Positions 11,808 through 23,255 of a DNA stretch of 64,000 bases are shown here, in pieces. This DNA is from an uncultured Nitrososphaerales archaeon. GTDB taxonomy: Archaea; Thermoproteota; Nitrososphaeria; Nitrososphaerales; Nitrososphaeraceae. Made by a program: the position numbers and the translations under genes. The stretch's first letter is position 1, and each line of letters opens with the position of its first letter. Location: positions 288,001-352,000 of the forward strand of contig CAVPXM010000055.1 in the NCBI GenBank assembly GCA_963709405.1, written 5' to 3'. A model generated the notes under the pieces. The model had not been told where the DNA came from. It saw only the letters and a list, made by a program, of their open reading frames with translations, and ran no database searches.

Positions 11808-12346
11808 AATTACCTCAATCTAACACATGAAATCTCGTTATTTTCTGAGTAGCTAATACAGATGATCCCAATTTTACCCACAGGCTTATATGACCACGTC
11901 TATTTAGAAAGTCTTTCATCTATTCGGCTTAAGGAATCCAACCAAAGGTTTACACTAGCATTATTCTAATATTGCGGGGAAGATTAGTGGTACTTGTATT
12001 GTCTTGTTTTGATTCATTTCATACGATAATTTTTCGCATTATTACGAACGGATTATAACTGGCTAGCATGTTATAGCCAAGGAATCGTCACACTTTCTAC
12101 CTCCTCCTAATGTTCAGTAATGATCTTATTACTCGTATAATTCTTACACGATCATTTCATACAGATATGATTAGATTCATCGACATGATATAATATTCGG
12201 ATATAGATAACATCCAGAAAGTCACAACTTACACAGATCAAAATTTACTTTAAGTAGTTATGATCTCAAATGTACGACCCTGTATATCGAGAACTCTATT
12301 CCTCGGTGCACCCATATATATGGAAGGTACAATTACCGTTCGTAAC

Positions 12347-13385
12347 ATGGCAAGTCGAAATCATACTATTGCAACATTAGGTTCACACTGCGCATTGGCA
12401 GCTACTAAAGGGAGCAAAGGATGAGGGTTTAAGGACTCTTCTGGTATGTGAAAAAAAAAGGATCGATCTCTATAAGCGATTTAGATTCATTGATGATATT
12501 TTTATCATCGAAGACACAAACGAAATAACTAGTAAAAGATGTATTGACTACTTACAAAAGACAAATTCTATCCTAATACCTCATGGAACATTAATCGCCT
12601 ATATGGATTCAGACCAAATCGAACGAATCGACATTCCAATTTTTGGGAATAAATGGATCCTAAGATGGGAAGCAGATAGAGAATTAAAACAAAAGTTAAT
12701 GGAAAGATCCAATTTACTAGTCTCTAGATCTGTAAGGTCAAAAAATGATATTCAGGGGCTATGCATAGTAAAACTACACGGTGCGGCTGGCGGCAGAGGA
12801 TATTTCATAGCATGGAACAGACAAAGCTTCGAACGACATGCGACGAGATTGATCGGAGAGAAGATGATAGGAAGCGAGCAAGATCTATTTATCCAGGAAT
12901 ATGTTTTTGGCGTTCCCGCGTTCTTGCATTATTTTTATTCCCCTATTACTGGTGAAATAGAACTAATGGGAGTAGATAGAAGATACGAGTCTAATGTTGA
13001 CGGAATTGGGAGAATTCCTGCTAGAGAGTAGCTTTGTGCTGATATAGAGATGTCCTATAATGTAGTGGGTAACATCCCAATCGTTCTACGTGAATCGCTC
13101 CTTCTTAAGGCCTATCAAATGGGAGAATCCTTTGTTAACACATCCAAGACTTTAGTGCCCCCCGGCATGAACGGACCATTCTGTCTTGAAGGGGTCTATG
13201 ATAAAGACGGAAATTTTGTGTCTTTCGAATTTTCGGCAAGGATTGTGGCAGGCACTAATCTCTATCCTAGCGGCTCACCTTATTCGGATTTAATTTATGC
13301 TCAACCAATGAGCATGGGAAGGAGGATTGCTCGTGAGATAAAGCTAGCTAACGAAAAGGACATGATCGATAAGGTAACCACATGA
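12347..13385 (+). CDS. purP: FAICAR synthetase PurP (frameshift ~12398 and in-frame TAG at 13029-13031)
   Basis: IATLGSHCAL..KGAKDEG read by hand; GAAGGRGYF, VDRRYESNVDG, FEFSARIVAGTN and MSMGRRIAREI motifs. Confidence 0.9.
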
Positions 13386-13628
13386 CTCGGAATTATAACA
13401 TTGTTCTAATTTGATTTGGCAACTGGGTTTCACAACTAGGTCTCGAACCATTTCATTTTAAGCTCATTAATAGCTCTAGGATCGCAATGGAAAAGTTCGT
13501 TATTAAATAGGGACTTTCAAGAAACAAGCTGACTATCTCACCCCTTCGACAGAGATTGAGGGTTCAGATAAAAAAATTACCCTGTGGGAATAAGTTAAAC
13601 TTCGTGGGATTCGATCTTCAACCGAATA

Positions 13629-14012
13629 CTAATATCCCATTTTCTGCCGACTAATATTCTCTGCATGTTTCTGAGAATACTTTTCAACCAAGGCTAGTGG
13701 ATCTAGCTTGAGTTCGATGGATAATTGAATAACAAAATGCCATATATCGATGAGTTCTTCCTGGCAATTTTCCAAAGATACTTTGGATTCGCGTCTCCAC
13801 CATTTCCAATTCGTTTCCCTTTGCAATTCTACCACTTCATGAATTAGAGCTGATGATAACATGAAAATACGGTAGCCCCGAAATATTTCCGGCTTCTGAT
13901 AAATAGAACTCATCTTGTTTTCCGTGTTTCGCATTCGCTTTGTTAACTTTAGTTGTTTCTCAAATAGAAGCTCTAATTTGTCTTCTTTCAATAATCGAGA
14001 TTTTTCAGCCAT
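13629..14012 (-). CDS. All-alpha (dimeric) dUTPase-like NTP pyrophosphatase
   Basis: HEVVEL..NWKWW and EELIDIWHF motifs. Confidence 0.8.
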   Translation of the reverse strand: MAEKSRLLKEDKLELLFEKQLKLTKRMRNTENKMSSIYQKPEIFRGYRIFMLSSALIHEVVELQRETNWKWWRRESKVSLENCQEELIDIWHFVIQLSIELKLDPLALVEKYSQKHAENISRQKMGY

Positions 14013-14318
14013 TCTCCCATCTTGAAACGATTGAACGGTGATTAATGAGTTACGATAATACTGAGATCCTATCAATTTGAATTTAGACTTTGCAGATTAG
14101 GCAGATGTTCAGTCGGCATAATCCAGATTTGGATTGTTCGAGGATTGATTTAATTTGGGTAAATATCAATCCTATTTTGCAGGATGAAGACTCCCGTATG
14201 AACCTAAAATTATAGTATTAGACGAACTTGATTAAAGACCGTATTTGATCCTAGGTATATCCAAATTTCGAACTTATAATTTTGTAAGACTAAAATTACC
14301 AGATCAATTAGTCAGCAA

Positions 14319-14891
14319 TTGTTGAAAAGAGATCTGGAAACGGCGTTAGCAAGAAGGGCGTTTGGTGTTCTTTTTATTGCTATATCCGTGGCCTTATTAT
14401 CTGGTACAATATTAATTGAACTGTTTACACCTGGTGGACCTTCACTAATCTTCAACCTTCTTATCTGGATTGCATGTTTTGGGATTACATTTGGTATAAT
14501 ATTTGCTAAATTTCGTTCTTCGTTGTTGCTCATAAGAAAAAGAATGAAGCGAAGCGTGGAATGGCCCATGATTGCAAAAGTCATAAACGGCTTGTGTTGG
14601 ACAGGGCCGTTCCTTGCCATAGGTCTAATTCCGTCAGCGTACCAGTATTTCATCTTGCTTGGGATAGGAATGGGGAATATTTCCACGTTTATATTAATGA
14701 AAACAATCAACAAGCTTGATAATAAAGAGCAGTTGATAGTTGGTTCGATTTCATTAATATCTATACCGTTGGCTGCAGGATTGGATACATCTCTGTTTTC
14801 TTCAAGAAGCGATCTGGCCGTCTTATTTTCAAGAGCATTAATTGCGGTAGCCTACGGAGTCGCCGGAATCTATGCCTATTTTTCTGGTTAA
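14319..14891 (+). CDS. Multi-pass membrane protein
   Basis: About six hydrophobic segments. Confidence 0.7.
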   Translation: MLKRDLETALARRAFGVLFIAISVALLSGTILIELFTPGGPSLIFNLLIWIACFGITFGIIFAKFRSSLLLIRKRMKRSVEWPMIAKVINGLCWTGPFLAIGLIPSAYQYFILLGIGMGNISTFILMKTINKLDNKEQLIVGSISLISIPLAAGLDTSLFSSRSDLAVLFSRALIAVAYGVAGIYAYFSG

Positions 14892-14988
14892 TGGAAAGCT
14901 TAGTCCTTATTAAATTGGAACATGCATTTTATTAGTGCCCAAATACCATGAGTTTTTTGGAATGACCCAAGGTTTGTCTTCAGATGCA

Positions 14989-15709
14989 ATGGCTAAGAGC
15001 AATGATAAAAAAGCCATTTGCATAGTCAGCGGTGGGCTGGATTCAATATGCGCCGGCAGCGTATGTCAGTCGTATAAAGAAGTATAATATTTACATGATT
15101 AACTTTTCGTATGGGCAAAGAGCTAAAATGGAATTGTCCATAGCAAGAGACTTTGCAATTGCATTAAAGGCGAAACGTTATCATTCCGTCGACATTAGCT
15201 TCATGAAGAATTTTTATGGGCAAACAAATGCGTTGACTGACGATGCAATAAAGATGCCGTTAAGGTTTCAACACAATATTGTCGTCCCTATAAGGAATGC
15301 TATATTCATAACAATAGCGACGGCTTGGGCTCTGAGTATTAAAGCTCAAATCGTATGTTATGGAGCGCACACCGGGGACAACCACTACCCTGATTGCCGC
15401 CCTTCCTTTGTCAGATCCATAACTAGGACTCTAACCTTAGCAGATTTAGATAGTATCAAGGCAAAGTCGAGAAATAAGGTCAAAATCTGGTGTCCTGCGT
15501 CCTCAGGAATTGATAAGTCTAGTCTATTGAAAATCGGTTACCGGCTCTTAGGCAATGAAATTTTCAAAACGTGGAGTTGTTATTCGAATGGTGTAGACCG
15601 GAAAAATGCTACTAATAGTGTACAATGTGGAATTTGTGAATCATGTGTTAATAGGAAAAATGCGTTTAGAAAAGCAGGAATCGAAGACTTGACTGGGTAC
15701 GATAGATAG
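14989..15709 (+). CDS. queC: 7-cyano-7-deazaguanine synthase QueC (frameshift ~15055)
   Basis: SGGLDS read by hand at the 5' end; FSYGQR, VPIRN, YPDCRP, TWSCY and CGICESC motifs. Confidence 0.92.
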
Positions 15710-16020
15710 AGGTCCGTGATAACGGGCTCTAACGCATGAAAAGGATTTCGTTCTACCACGTGATTAATTTAGTTCTGGATAGTTTAAGCAGTTTGCCATA
15801 TTAACGTTGAGAAAATCACCTATCAACTAATCCTTTTTTGGATAGAAAATAAATGTTGACTCTTTGAGACAATAGAGTTATAATAGAGGCATTAGTCTTA
15901 ATTAATGAGCCAATAGTGAAGCGGCTTTTAATATATTACTATGACATTTACTGCTTAGTGTTTGTCCTACCTTGTACACAAAGAAAGCTAGAGGAGCTCG
16001 AGGAGCTCGAGGATTAGACA

Positions 16021-16629
16021 TTGTATCAGAACTTTGAAAACGAAAACTCGAAGCCATCGAAGAATCCTGTCAATAAAAGGAAGATAGAAAAGTTACTAAG
16101 GGAGCTTTTGATCGAATTAGGTGAGAATCCCGACCGGGAAGGTTTACTTGACACCCCTCGACGAATCGCAGACATGTACGAAGAGATTTTTGGTGGATAT
16201 AGAATTGATGCAGGATTGGATGTAAGTTTTAGTGAGGAAACAGACGCAATAATTGCTAAGGATATTCAGTTCTATAGTATGTGCGAACATCATATGCTTC
16301 CATTTTATGGCAAAATCCATATTGCATATATTCCTAATGGGAAGGTATTTGGCATCTCTAAATTAGTTCGACTGGTAGAAAAGTATTCTAGAAGAATGCA
16401 AATCCAAGAAAGATTAACAAAGGAAATCGCAACTGAGATAATGGAAATGGGAGTAAAGGGGGTGTTAGTTATCACGGAAGGGGAACATCTGTGTATGAAA
16501 ATGAGAGGCGTTCGTAATGATAGTGTAATCCTAACCTTAGCACATCGTGGAATAATGGAGAATAAAGAGATTCGTGAAAGTGCTCTCGTACTTTTATATA
16601 ACACTAAAGCTAAATTGCGAGCTATATGA
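16021..16629 (+). CDS. folE: GTP cyclohydrolase I
   Basis: REGLLDTPRR, SMCEHHMLPF, QIQERLT and HLCMKMRGV motifs. Confidence 0.95.
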   Translation: MYQNFENENSKPSKNPVNKRKIEKLLRELLIELGENPDREGLLDTPRRIADMYEEIFGGYRIDAGLDVSFSEETDAIIAKDIQFYSMCEHHMLPFYGKIHIAYIPNGKVFGISKLVRLVEKYSRRMQIQERLTKEIATEIMEMGVKGVLVITEGEHLCMKMRGVRNDSVILTLAHRGIMENKEIRESALVLLYNTKAKLRAI

Positions 16630-16883
16630 GACGTGGCACGTCTATTTGTGACGAGAACATATAAAGTGGCAGACAATTTGCAACAATCTGCAGACATTAA
16701 CTGAGATCTTTCACTACGGCGAACAAACCTGTCATTTTTGATAATAATCATAAAGCCTTTACGGTCTACTACACCAATCACCATCTTTCTTTGCAAAATA
16801 ATTTCTCATGGGCGTCTTCAAGTCGCAGATCGAGGGGAAAATACAACGGGTTATTTAGGTCTGATAAAGACCTCTAAAAATGC

Positions 16884-17156
16884 CTAAAAATCCTCCTCAA
16901 ATTCATTATCACCCTCTTCTTCTTCAATCTCGTCGAAATCCTCCTCAAACTCTTCTCGTTCTTCGGCGCTCTTATATGGAAGATCGGCCTCTCCGGGTGC
17001 TCCACATACTGGACATTTGAACTCAATAGTTTGGCCCTCTAGATCAAGTGGGAATTCTTTTGAAAAAACTTCATCACATTTGGAACAAACAAGGGTAGTC
17101 TGAATGTTATCTTGGCTAAATTTATGCGACTGGACTCTAAAGATTGTACTTGCCAT
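16884..17156 (-). CDS. Small Zn-ribbon protein with acidic tail
   Basis: CSKC...CPVC and a Glu/Asp-rich C-terminus. Confidence 0.65.
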   Translation of the reverse strand: MASTIFRVQSHKFSQDNIQTTLVCSKCDEVFSKEFPLDLEGQTIEFKCPVCGAPGEADLPYKSAEEREEFEEDFDEIEEEEGDNEFEEDF

Positions 17157-17499
17157 TCTTCTTACCTATAGGAAATATTCTTTTTTATAAGCCTTCTCTT
17201 CTATTCCTATAAGTAAATTGTACTGGAAATTAAAGATCCTAATAGGATCTCGACTTTTCAAATAAATGTCTAACAAGTCAGGCTGACAGGCCTATATGGT
17301 TGCTAGGCGGATTTTGATGAAACGCTTGGTTTGGGATGCTTTCGAATGTTAAACTCTGCTGCTCTCAATACCAATAGCATACATGATTTGATATTGTTGG
17401 ATTTTCCACTCCAGTGTACCTCACGCGGAACATTTCGTGTTGCATGATAGAGCTGGGAAATCAAATAAATATGCACGTGACTGCTTCAATGTGTTATCC

Positions 17500-19102
17500 A
17501 TGAATGACGACCGAATGTCTATGGCCGCTAAATGCTATGCGCAGTTGGAACAATCTGGTATCAAGGTAGGCAAAGTGCATCATAATCTGCCACCTGCATC
17601 ATTGATTGAGGTTGCCATTCGTAAGAGGGAGGGAATGCTATCTCTTACTGGAGCTCTGACAGTGAACACCGGAAAGTACACAGGCCGATCACCAGATGAT
17701 AGATTTATAGTAGACGATGAAATTACGCACAGCACCGTAGACTGGGGAAAAGTGAATCATCCTCTATCTCAAGAAAAATACAGTCTAATCTTCAACAGGT
17801 TAAGGGATCAGCTTGACCAGAAGGAATACTTTGTTTTTGATGGGTTTGTAGGAGCTGACAAAAAGGTAAGACTTCCAATAAGAGTGCTTACAGACAAAGC
17901 ATGGCAATGCCTGTTTGCAAACCAGATATTTCTTAGGCCTCATGCTATAGAGCTTCAGACATTCCAGCCTGAATTTAGTTTGATTTCCGTCAATGATTTC
18001 AAGGCCATTCCCGAGATAGATGGAACAAAGAGTGAGACATTTATAATAATAAATTTCTCCAAGAGAATGATAATTATTGGATCTACTTCCTACGCTGGCG
18101 AAATTAAGAAAGCAATGTTCTCAATTATGAGCTATCTTCTTCCACTTAGGGGTATTTTTCCTATGCACTGCTCTGCTAATATCGGGCCTGAAGGAGACAC
18201 TGCATTATTTTTTGGGCTATCTGGTACCGGAAAAACCACCCTTTCAGCTGACAGGGAACGGCATCTCGTCGGAGATGATGAACATGGATGGACTGAAGAT
18301 GGGATATTCAATTTTGAGGGTGGCTCGCTATGCTAAATGTATACATTTAAAAAAAGAACGCGAACCGCAGATATGGAATGCCATTAGGTTCGGAGCTGTG
18401 ATGGAAAATGTAGTTGTAAGCAAAAAGACAAGAGTACCTGACTTTGATGATGGGGCACTCACAGAAAACACTAGAGTCGTATATCCGCTTGAATTCATAC
18501 CCGGTTCTGTCATTCCAAGCTTGGCTACCCATCCTAAGGTGATAATCTTTTTAACTGCCGACGCATTCGGGGTGATGCCTCCAATTTCCAAACTAAGTCG
18601 AGAAGGTGGGATGTATCACTTCATGTCTGGTTATACAAGCAAACTAGCTGGGACAGAGAGAGGCATTACCGAGCCGCAGGAGACGTTTTCTCAATGTTTT
18701 GGAGCTCCATTCATGATGCTTCCGGCCAGTCGCTATGCTCAAATGCTAGGGGAAAAAATACTTGCCCATAATACTAAAGTATACTTGATAAATACTGGTT
18801 GGTATGGAGGGCCATACGGTGTCGGAAAAAGAATAAATCTTGATTATACAAGATCAATGGTAAGAGCCGTCATTAGAGGATTACTTGATAATCAGTCATA
18901 TGAACATCACCCTATTTTTAATCTGGATATTCCGACGGCTTGTCCAGATGTACCTCCTGAGATCTTAAATCCAGTTAATACTTGGCCTGACAAGGAGAAA
19001 TATAATACGGCTGCTCGCAGATTAGCTTCATTATTTGTCAAGAATTTTGAAAAGTTCAATGACATACCCCAAGAAGTAAGGGATGCAGGTCCGATTTTAT
19101 AA
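17500..19102 (+). CDS. pckA: ATP-dependent phosphoenolpyruvate carboxykinase (frameshift ~18325)
   Basis: [45 protein letters not shown] and YLINTGW motifs. Confidence 0.95.
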
Positions 19103-19107
19103 AGGAG

Positions 19108-19248
19108 TAGCCCGGAGCAGATTCGAACTGCTGTCTCCAGGTTTCTTTTCTCTTTAGAGATCCAGAGCCTGAAATCCCTAGCCCTACCATGGAGATTGGC
19201 CACTAGATTCGGCACCCGCTTGCTCTACTGTGCAGGTTCGACCGGGCT
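19108..19248 (-). tRNA. tRNA-Gln(CTG) with three introns: 10/11 (19238-19208), 21/22 (19195-19178), 37/38 (19161-19143)
   Basis: Removing the three segments gives a 73-nt cloverleaf AGCCCGGTCG-TCTAGTGGCCAA-GGATTTCAGGCTCTGG-ACCTGGAGACAGCAGTTCGAATCTGCTCCGGGCTA; each junction forms a bulge-helix-bulge. Confidence 0.88.
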
Positions 19249-19305
19249 TCTACCAAGCTACACCAAACTGAAAACACTACCAATATTTGACTTTAGCGTT
19301 TTGTA

Positions 19306-19671
19306 TTAATTTCCCTTATAAGCAGGCCGTAACTCTAGGATCACCTTCTTCCGCATGTAAGGAATTAATCGATAATGAATTGAATATATATCATTTTCTC
19401 GGGTCAATATCCCTTTGACTAGTAATGACACAAATCCTCCTGCTACTCTCGATGGAGGCATCCGATGAATCTGACAAAATTCATCTCTTCTTGTGTGGTA
19501 TTCTTTTAACGTAAAATATGACCTGTTTAGGTCCAATATCAATGGCCAGACTACTTTTTCCCAAACCATTCGACGATTTTCGGTAGATGTGGCATGTTTC
19601 CCTTTACCTTTATTCCCATAGTGTGAGTCGAGATCCACATTTATCATTTTATTACGGCGAGGTCCTTTCAA
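19306..19671 (-). CDS. Hypothetical protein (possible winged-helix)
   Basis: 121-aa ORF; SLLVKGIL..IYSIHYRL suggests a wHTH. Confidence 0.5.
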   Translation of the reverse strand: MKGPRRNKMINVDLDSHYGNKGKGKHATSTENRRMVWEKVVWPLILDLNRSYFTLKEYHTRRDEFCQIHRMPPSRVAGGFVSLLVKGILTRENDIYSIHYRLIPYMRKKVILELRPAYKGN

Positions 19672-20157
19672 TAGTTCGAACCGAGGAACATTTAAACGCC
19701 TTGTTTAAGTAGATTAAAACAGATTTATTATCAGGTGCGACATTCTCCTTGTTTTTAAATGCTATGTATATGATGTTTGCATCAACAATCAAAACAAGCA
19801 TAGCACATGCAATCTTTTCTTCACAGATTACAGTCCAGTAAATCTAACGCAGGAGTAGCACAAATAAAAAACCCAGGTTCCTCAGAACAGTTCCATACCT
19901 AAATCATATTTTAACTGATAATCATCTTACTCTATCTTAGTAAGTGCTGTATTCGCTTCCTCTACATTCAAGACCTATCCCTTGACCCTCTATTTTACCG
20001 ATTTATTACCCATTGATATGCAAGTAGTGTCGAACCGAAACGGTTCTATAGGGTCATTAATTGCAGCCGAGATTTTTCATCCCCTATTCGAATTAATGTA
20101 TAATTCAGTATCGTTTTCCTGGGGCGAGTCTTTACAACTCAATTTCCGAAATTCCCT

Positions 20158-20814
20158 TTATCTGCTCTCGCCCAACTCGGCTCTGATCCTACGTCTTCTC
20201 TTGTACAAAATGAGAGTTAAAACTAATGCCATTGAGGCAGATATCAATATAATCGACAACTGAAAAAGAGATGATGTTCCAGCAGGGGGAAATATAGAGC
20301 AAGGAAATTCATTGTACATACATCCTAACGCAAAAAATATCCCATTCCATAATGAGTGAGCGAGTATCGCAAACCAACCCTTTCCGCTGACCCATGTCCT
20401 TAAACTATAAAAAAAAGAAGGCATTACGAAGAGCCAGTTTGTATATGAAAGACTTGCAGCATCGATGGATTTTGTATTAAAGATGTGTAGTATAACCCAT
20501 GTGATGCCAGATATGACTACAATGAACTGATTTCCGGTAGCGTAAAACGGGATGCCAAAGAAAACTGATTCTTCAATTGGCCCTGCTGCCACTACTGGAG
20601 CCAAGTATCGTGGAATTCTGGGTTCAGCATATCCAGTCATCGAATACTGAAGTACTACTGACCCGACAAGTAATAGTAAAACACCTATTAAATGGTAGAA
20701 CATTAGCATTACAACAAGATGTATAATCGATGTATTACGATACTTAGAAAGCCACCGTTTTGGATTAACATCTAATTTAATATCCAACAGTTCTTTATGC
20801 AACGAAGACACCAT
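20158..20814 (-). CDS. CPBP (CAAX/Abi) family intramembrane metalloprotease
   Basis: GPIEESVF, WVILH and AILAHSLWN motifs in a multi-TM protein. Confidence 0.8.
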   Translation of the reverse strand: MVSSLHKELLDIKLDVNPKRWLSKYRNTSIIHLVVMLMFYHLIGVLLLLVGSVVLQYSMTGYAEPRIPRYLAPVVAAGPIEESVFFGIPFYATGNQFIVVISGITWVILHIFNTKSIDAASLSYTNWLFVMPSFFYSLRTWVSGKGWFAILAHSLWNGIFFALGCMYNEFPCSIFPPAGTSSLFQLSIILISASMALVLTLILYKRRRRIRAELGESR

Positions 20815-20912
20815 CTATCTACTATGAATAAATTATAGCCTTTAATATAGCAATAGAGGTGTCGCTAGAAAGCTTTTTTTATCCACAACAGGCATTATTA
20901 CAATCAAAGAAA

Positions 20913-21828
20913 CTACGAGATCGGCGTGAGCCACATTGCACTGTATTTATTATCACTTCCTTCAAGTATGTATTGAAATCTAGAAATCAGCCGCATCGTG
21001 AGATCGCCCACTTTCCCGTCGCCAACAACTCTCTGGTCAATTTCAGTTACCGGTTTTATTCCAGCTGCAGTTCCGGTCAAAAAAATCTCATCGGCCAAAT
21101 AAAGATCTTCTCTCCCGAAGTCTGAAACCGTGCAGGTGACTCCAAGCTCTTTTCCCAGAGTGAGAATGCTATCCCTAGTAATGCCACGTAGTGCGCCTGC
21201 AGTGAGTGGCGGTGTTATCATGCAGCCATTTTTTACTATGAAGACATTTTCTGCCGTGGCCTCTGCGACGTTGCCATTTGAATTTAGCATTATAGCTTCG
21301 TCATAACCCAAGTTTATGGCTTCAATTCTTGCCAAAACAGAATTTGCATAGTTAGCCGTCGCCTTAGCCAAAACAGGAAGCGACCTGCTGTCGAACCGAA
21401 TCCATGAGGAGACTACAACTCGAATTCCAATCTCTGAATTGCTATAAACGTTTTCATCCCATATCCATGCGGCTACCGCCATGCAAACCTTATTTGGGAG
21501 CGGATTCACACCCATCTTTCCGTGGCCATAGTATACGATCGGGCGAACGTAATAGCCGTCATTACCATTTGCCTTGACAGTTTCGAATATAGCACTCTTT
21601 ATTTGGTCCGCCGAGTAGCGTAGGTCCATATAGTAGATCTTACAGCTATCTATCAGCCTCTGAACATGATCATCCAACCTAAAAATTGCCAAGCCCTCTG
21701 TAGTTTTGTAGGCAGCGAATACCTTCAAAGACTGCAGTTCCGTAGTGCAAACTGTGAGTCAGGATGTGGATGCTTGCATTATCCCAATCTACAATTGTGC
21801 CATCCATCCAAATCTTTCCTGTGGTCAT
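20913..21828 (-). CDS. ilvE: Branched-chain amino acid aminotransferase (frameshift ~21720)
   Basis: IWMDG..HSLHYGTAVFEG read by hand; AKATANY, LRGITR and FLTGTAA motifs. Confidence 0.93.
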
Positions 21829-23255
21829 AGCCTACCTCCAGTAAGTATTTGTTTGCGTCGAGCATGGATGGCCCTCACTGTATCTCCTACGATTGTATCC
21901 TTGTCCTCAACTATGATTAATATCCTTGAAGTCTCCTCTTGCGCGTCTAAATTCAATATATTAATGGAATGATCTCCGACGGTACTACTAACTGCCGACA
22001 CGATTCCAGGGATCCTCCACATCATGTCCCCGATTAGAGTGACTGCCCCTCTTCTATAAACGATCTTCGTACCGGCATCATACGCTCTGATATGACGCTC
22101 ATGTCTCCTAAGATAATCTGCATCTAGGAATAATAACCGAGTGATCTCAATATCATTCTGTACATATGGAGATAACTTTATGAAATCATGATATGACTTT
22201 TCTTTTTCGAGAGACGCTATAAGATGAGAAGCCGCATTACTCTCCATCCTCACGATTGCGCAATTTCTCTTGCCAGTGATGATTTTTACAAAATTCTCAC
22301 CATCAGTAACAGGGACATCTTTTAGAATAGTCGTTTTTTTGGCCGGATCCTTCATACTGGTCACTACGATTGGAATATCAAGGTTGTTATCGTTGATCTC
22401 TTTTATAGCAACTGGATCTAGGATTTTCATTCCAAACATGCCTGCTAATCGCGCCTCATTATAAGAAAGATAGTCTACAAACTCAAGGTTATTAAAGACG
22501 ATTTTGGGATCCGCACTTAATACCGCGCTATCTTTCCCGAAATCCATACTCACATCATAACGACCGTGTAACAGTATTGCAATATCTGCGGCTGTTCTGT
22601 CTGAACCACCGCGTTCGTATGTAGTTTCCAATCCATCAATGGTTTTTCCGATGAAACCTCCCATAGAAACAACATCATTCTGTTCAATCAAATTTATGAG
22701 ATGGCTAATATGTTGCTTTGATTCTTCAAGTATGAAATTAGCCGCCTCGAAGTTGTCATCGGTTATTATTGGCCAGCTATCAATATCCACATGATCAGAT
22801 TTGATATCATTAGATCGTAAAATAAAATCCATTAAGTATGACATAGTTATTTCGCCTCCATAGGCAAGCGTCCTCGATCGAACCACGTCGACAAATCGTC
22901 TATTTTCCGCAGCCTGCTTTAATGAGACGATTATTCTTTGAGTAAATTTGTCTAGATAGTTCAGGAAATCGTTATAATAGCTATTTTTAAGATAATTTTT
23001 AGCAATCTTCTCATAAATTTGCATCAGAGTATCAATTTCTAAAGGGGCAGAAGAGGCATAGCTCCGACCTATATTTAACGCTACATCAGTCATGGAACTA
23101 ATCCTATTTGCATAAATGGTTAGTGGAGCCGAGAAGACGGCCACTACTTTAGATCCTTTCTTAAGCTGCTTTATTCTATCGATCGTTTGATTTATAGATT
23201 CACCATCCACTCCGAGAGCACTGCCACCGAATTTTGCAACTGTGACTGGAACCAA
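21825..23255 (-). CDS. lysC: Aspartate kinase
   Basis: VAKFGGS, ERGGSDRTA, SADPK and GMKILDP motifs plus ACT-like C-terminus. Confidence 0.9.
   Translation of the reverse strand: MVPVTVAKFGGSALGVDGESINQTIDRIKQLKKGSKVVAVFSAPLTIYANRISSMTDVALNIGRSYASSAPLEIDTLMQIYEKIAKNYLKNSYYNDFLNYLDKFTQRIIVSLKQAAENRRFVDVVRSRTLAYGGEITMSYLMDFILRSNDIKSDHVDIDSWPIITDDNFEAANFILEESKQHISHLINLIEQNDVVSMGGFIGKTIDGLETTYERGGSDRTAADIAILLHGRYDVSMDFGKDSAVLSADPKIVFNNLEFVDYLSYNEARLAGMFGMKILDPVAIKEINDNNLDIPIVVTSMKDPAKKTTILKDVPVTDGENFVKIITGKRNCAIVRMESNAASHLIASLEKEKSYHDFIKLSPYVQNDIEITRLLFLDADYLRRHERHIRAYDAGTKIVYRRGAVTLIGDMMWRIPGIVSAVSSTVGDHSINILNLDAQEETSRILIIVEDKDTIVGDTVRAIHARRKQILTGGRL

Noticed and set aside
13029-13031. In-frame TAG in purP as pyrrolysine or stop-codon readthrough
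   Set aside because: Single instance, one substitution from CAG (Gln); no pyl genes in view; TAG is used as a normal stop elsewhere in the window
15991-16013. GAGGAGCTC tandem repeat before folE
   Set aside because: About 2.5 copies of 9 bp; trivial slippage or assembly artefact
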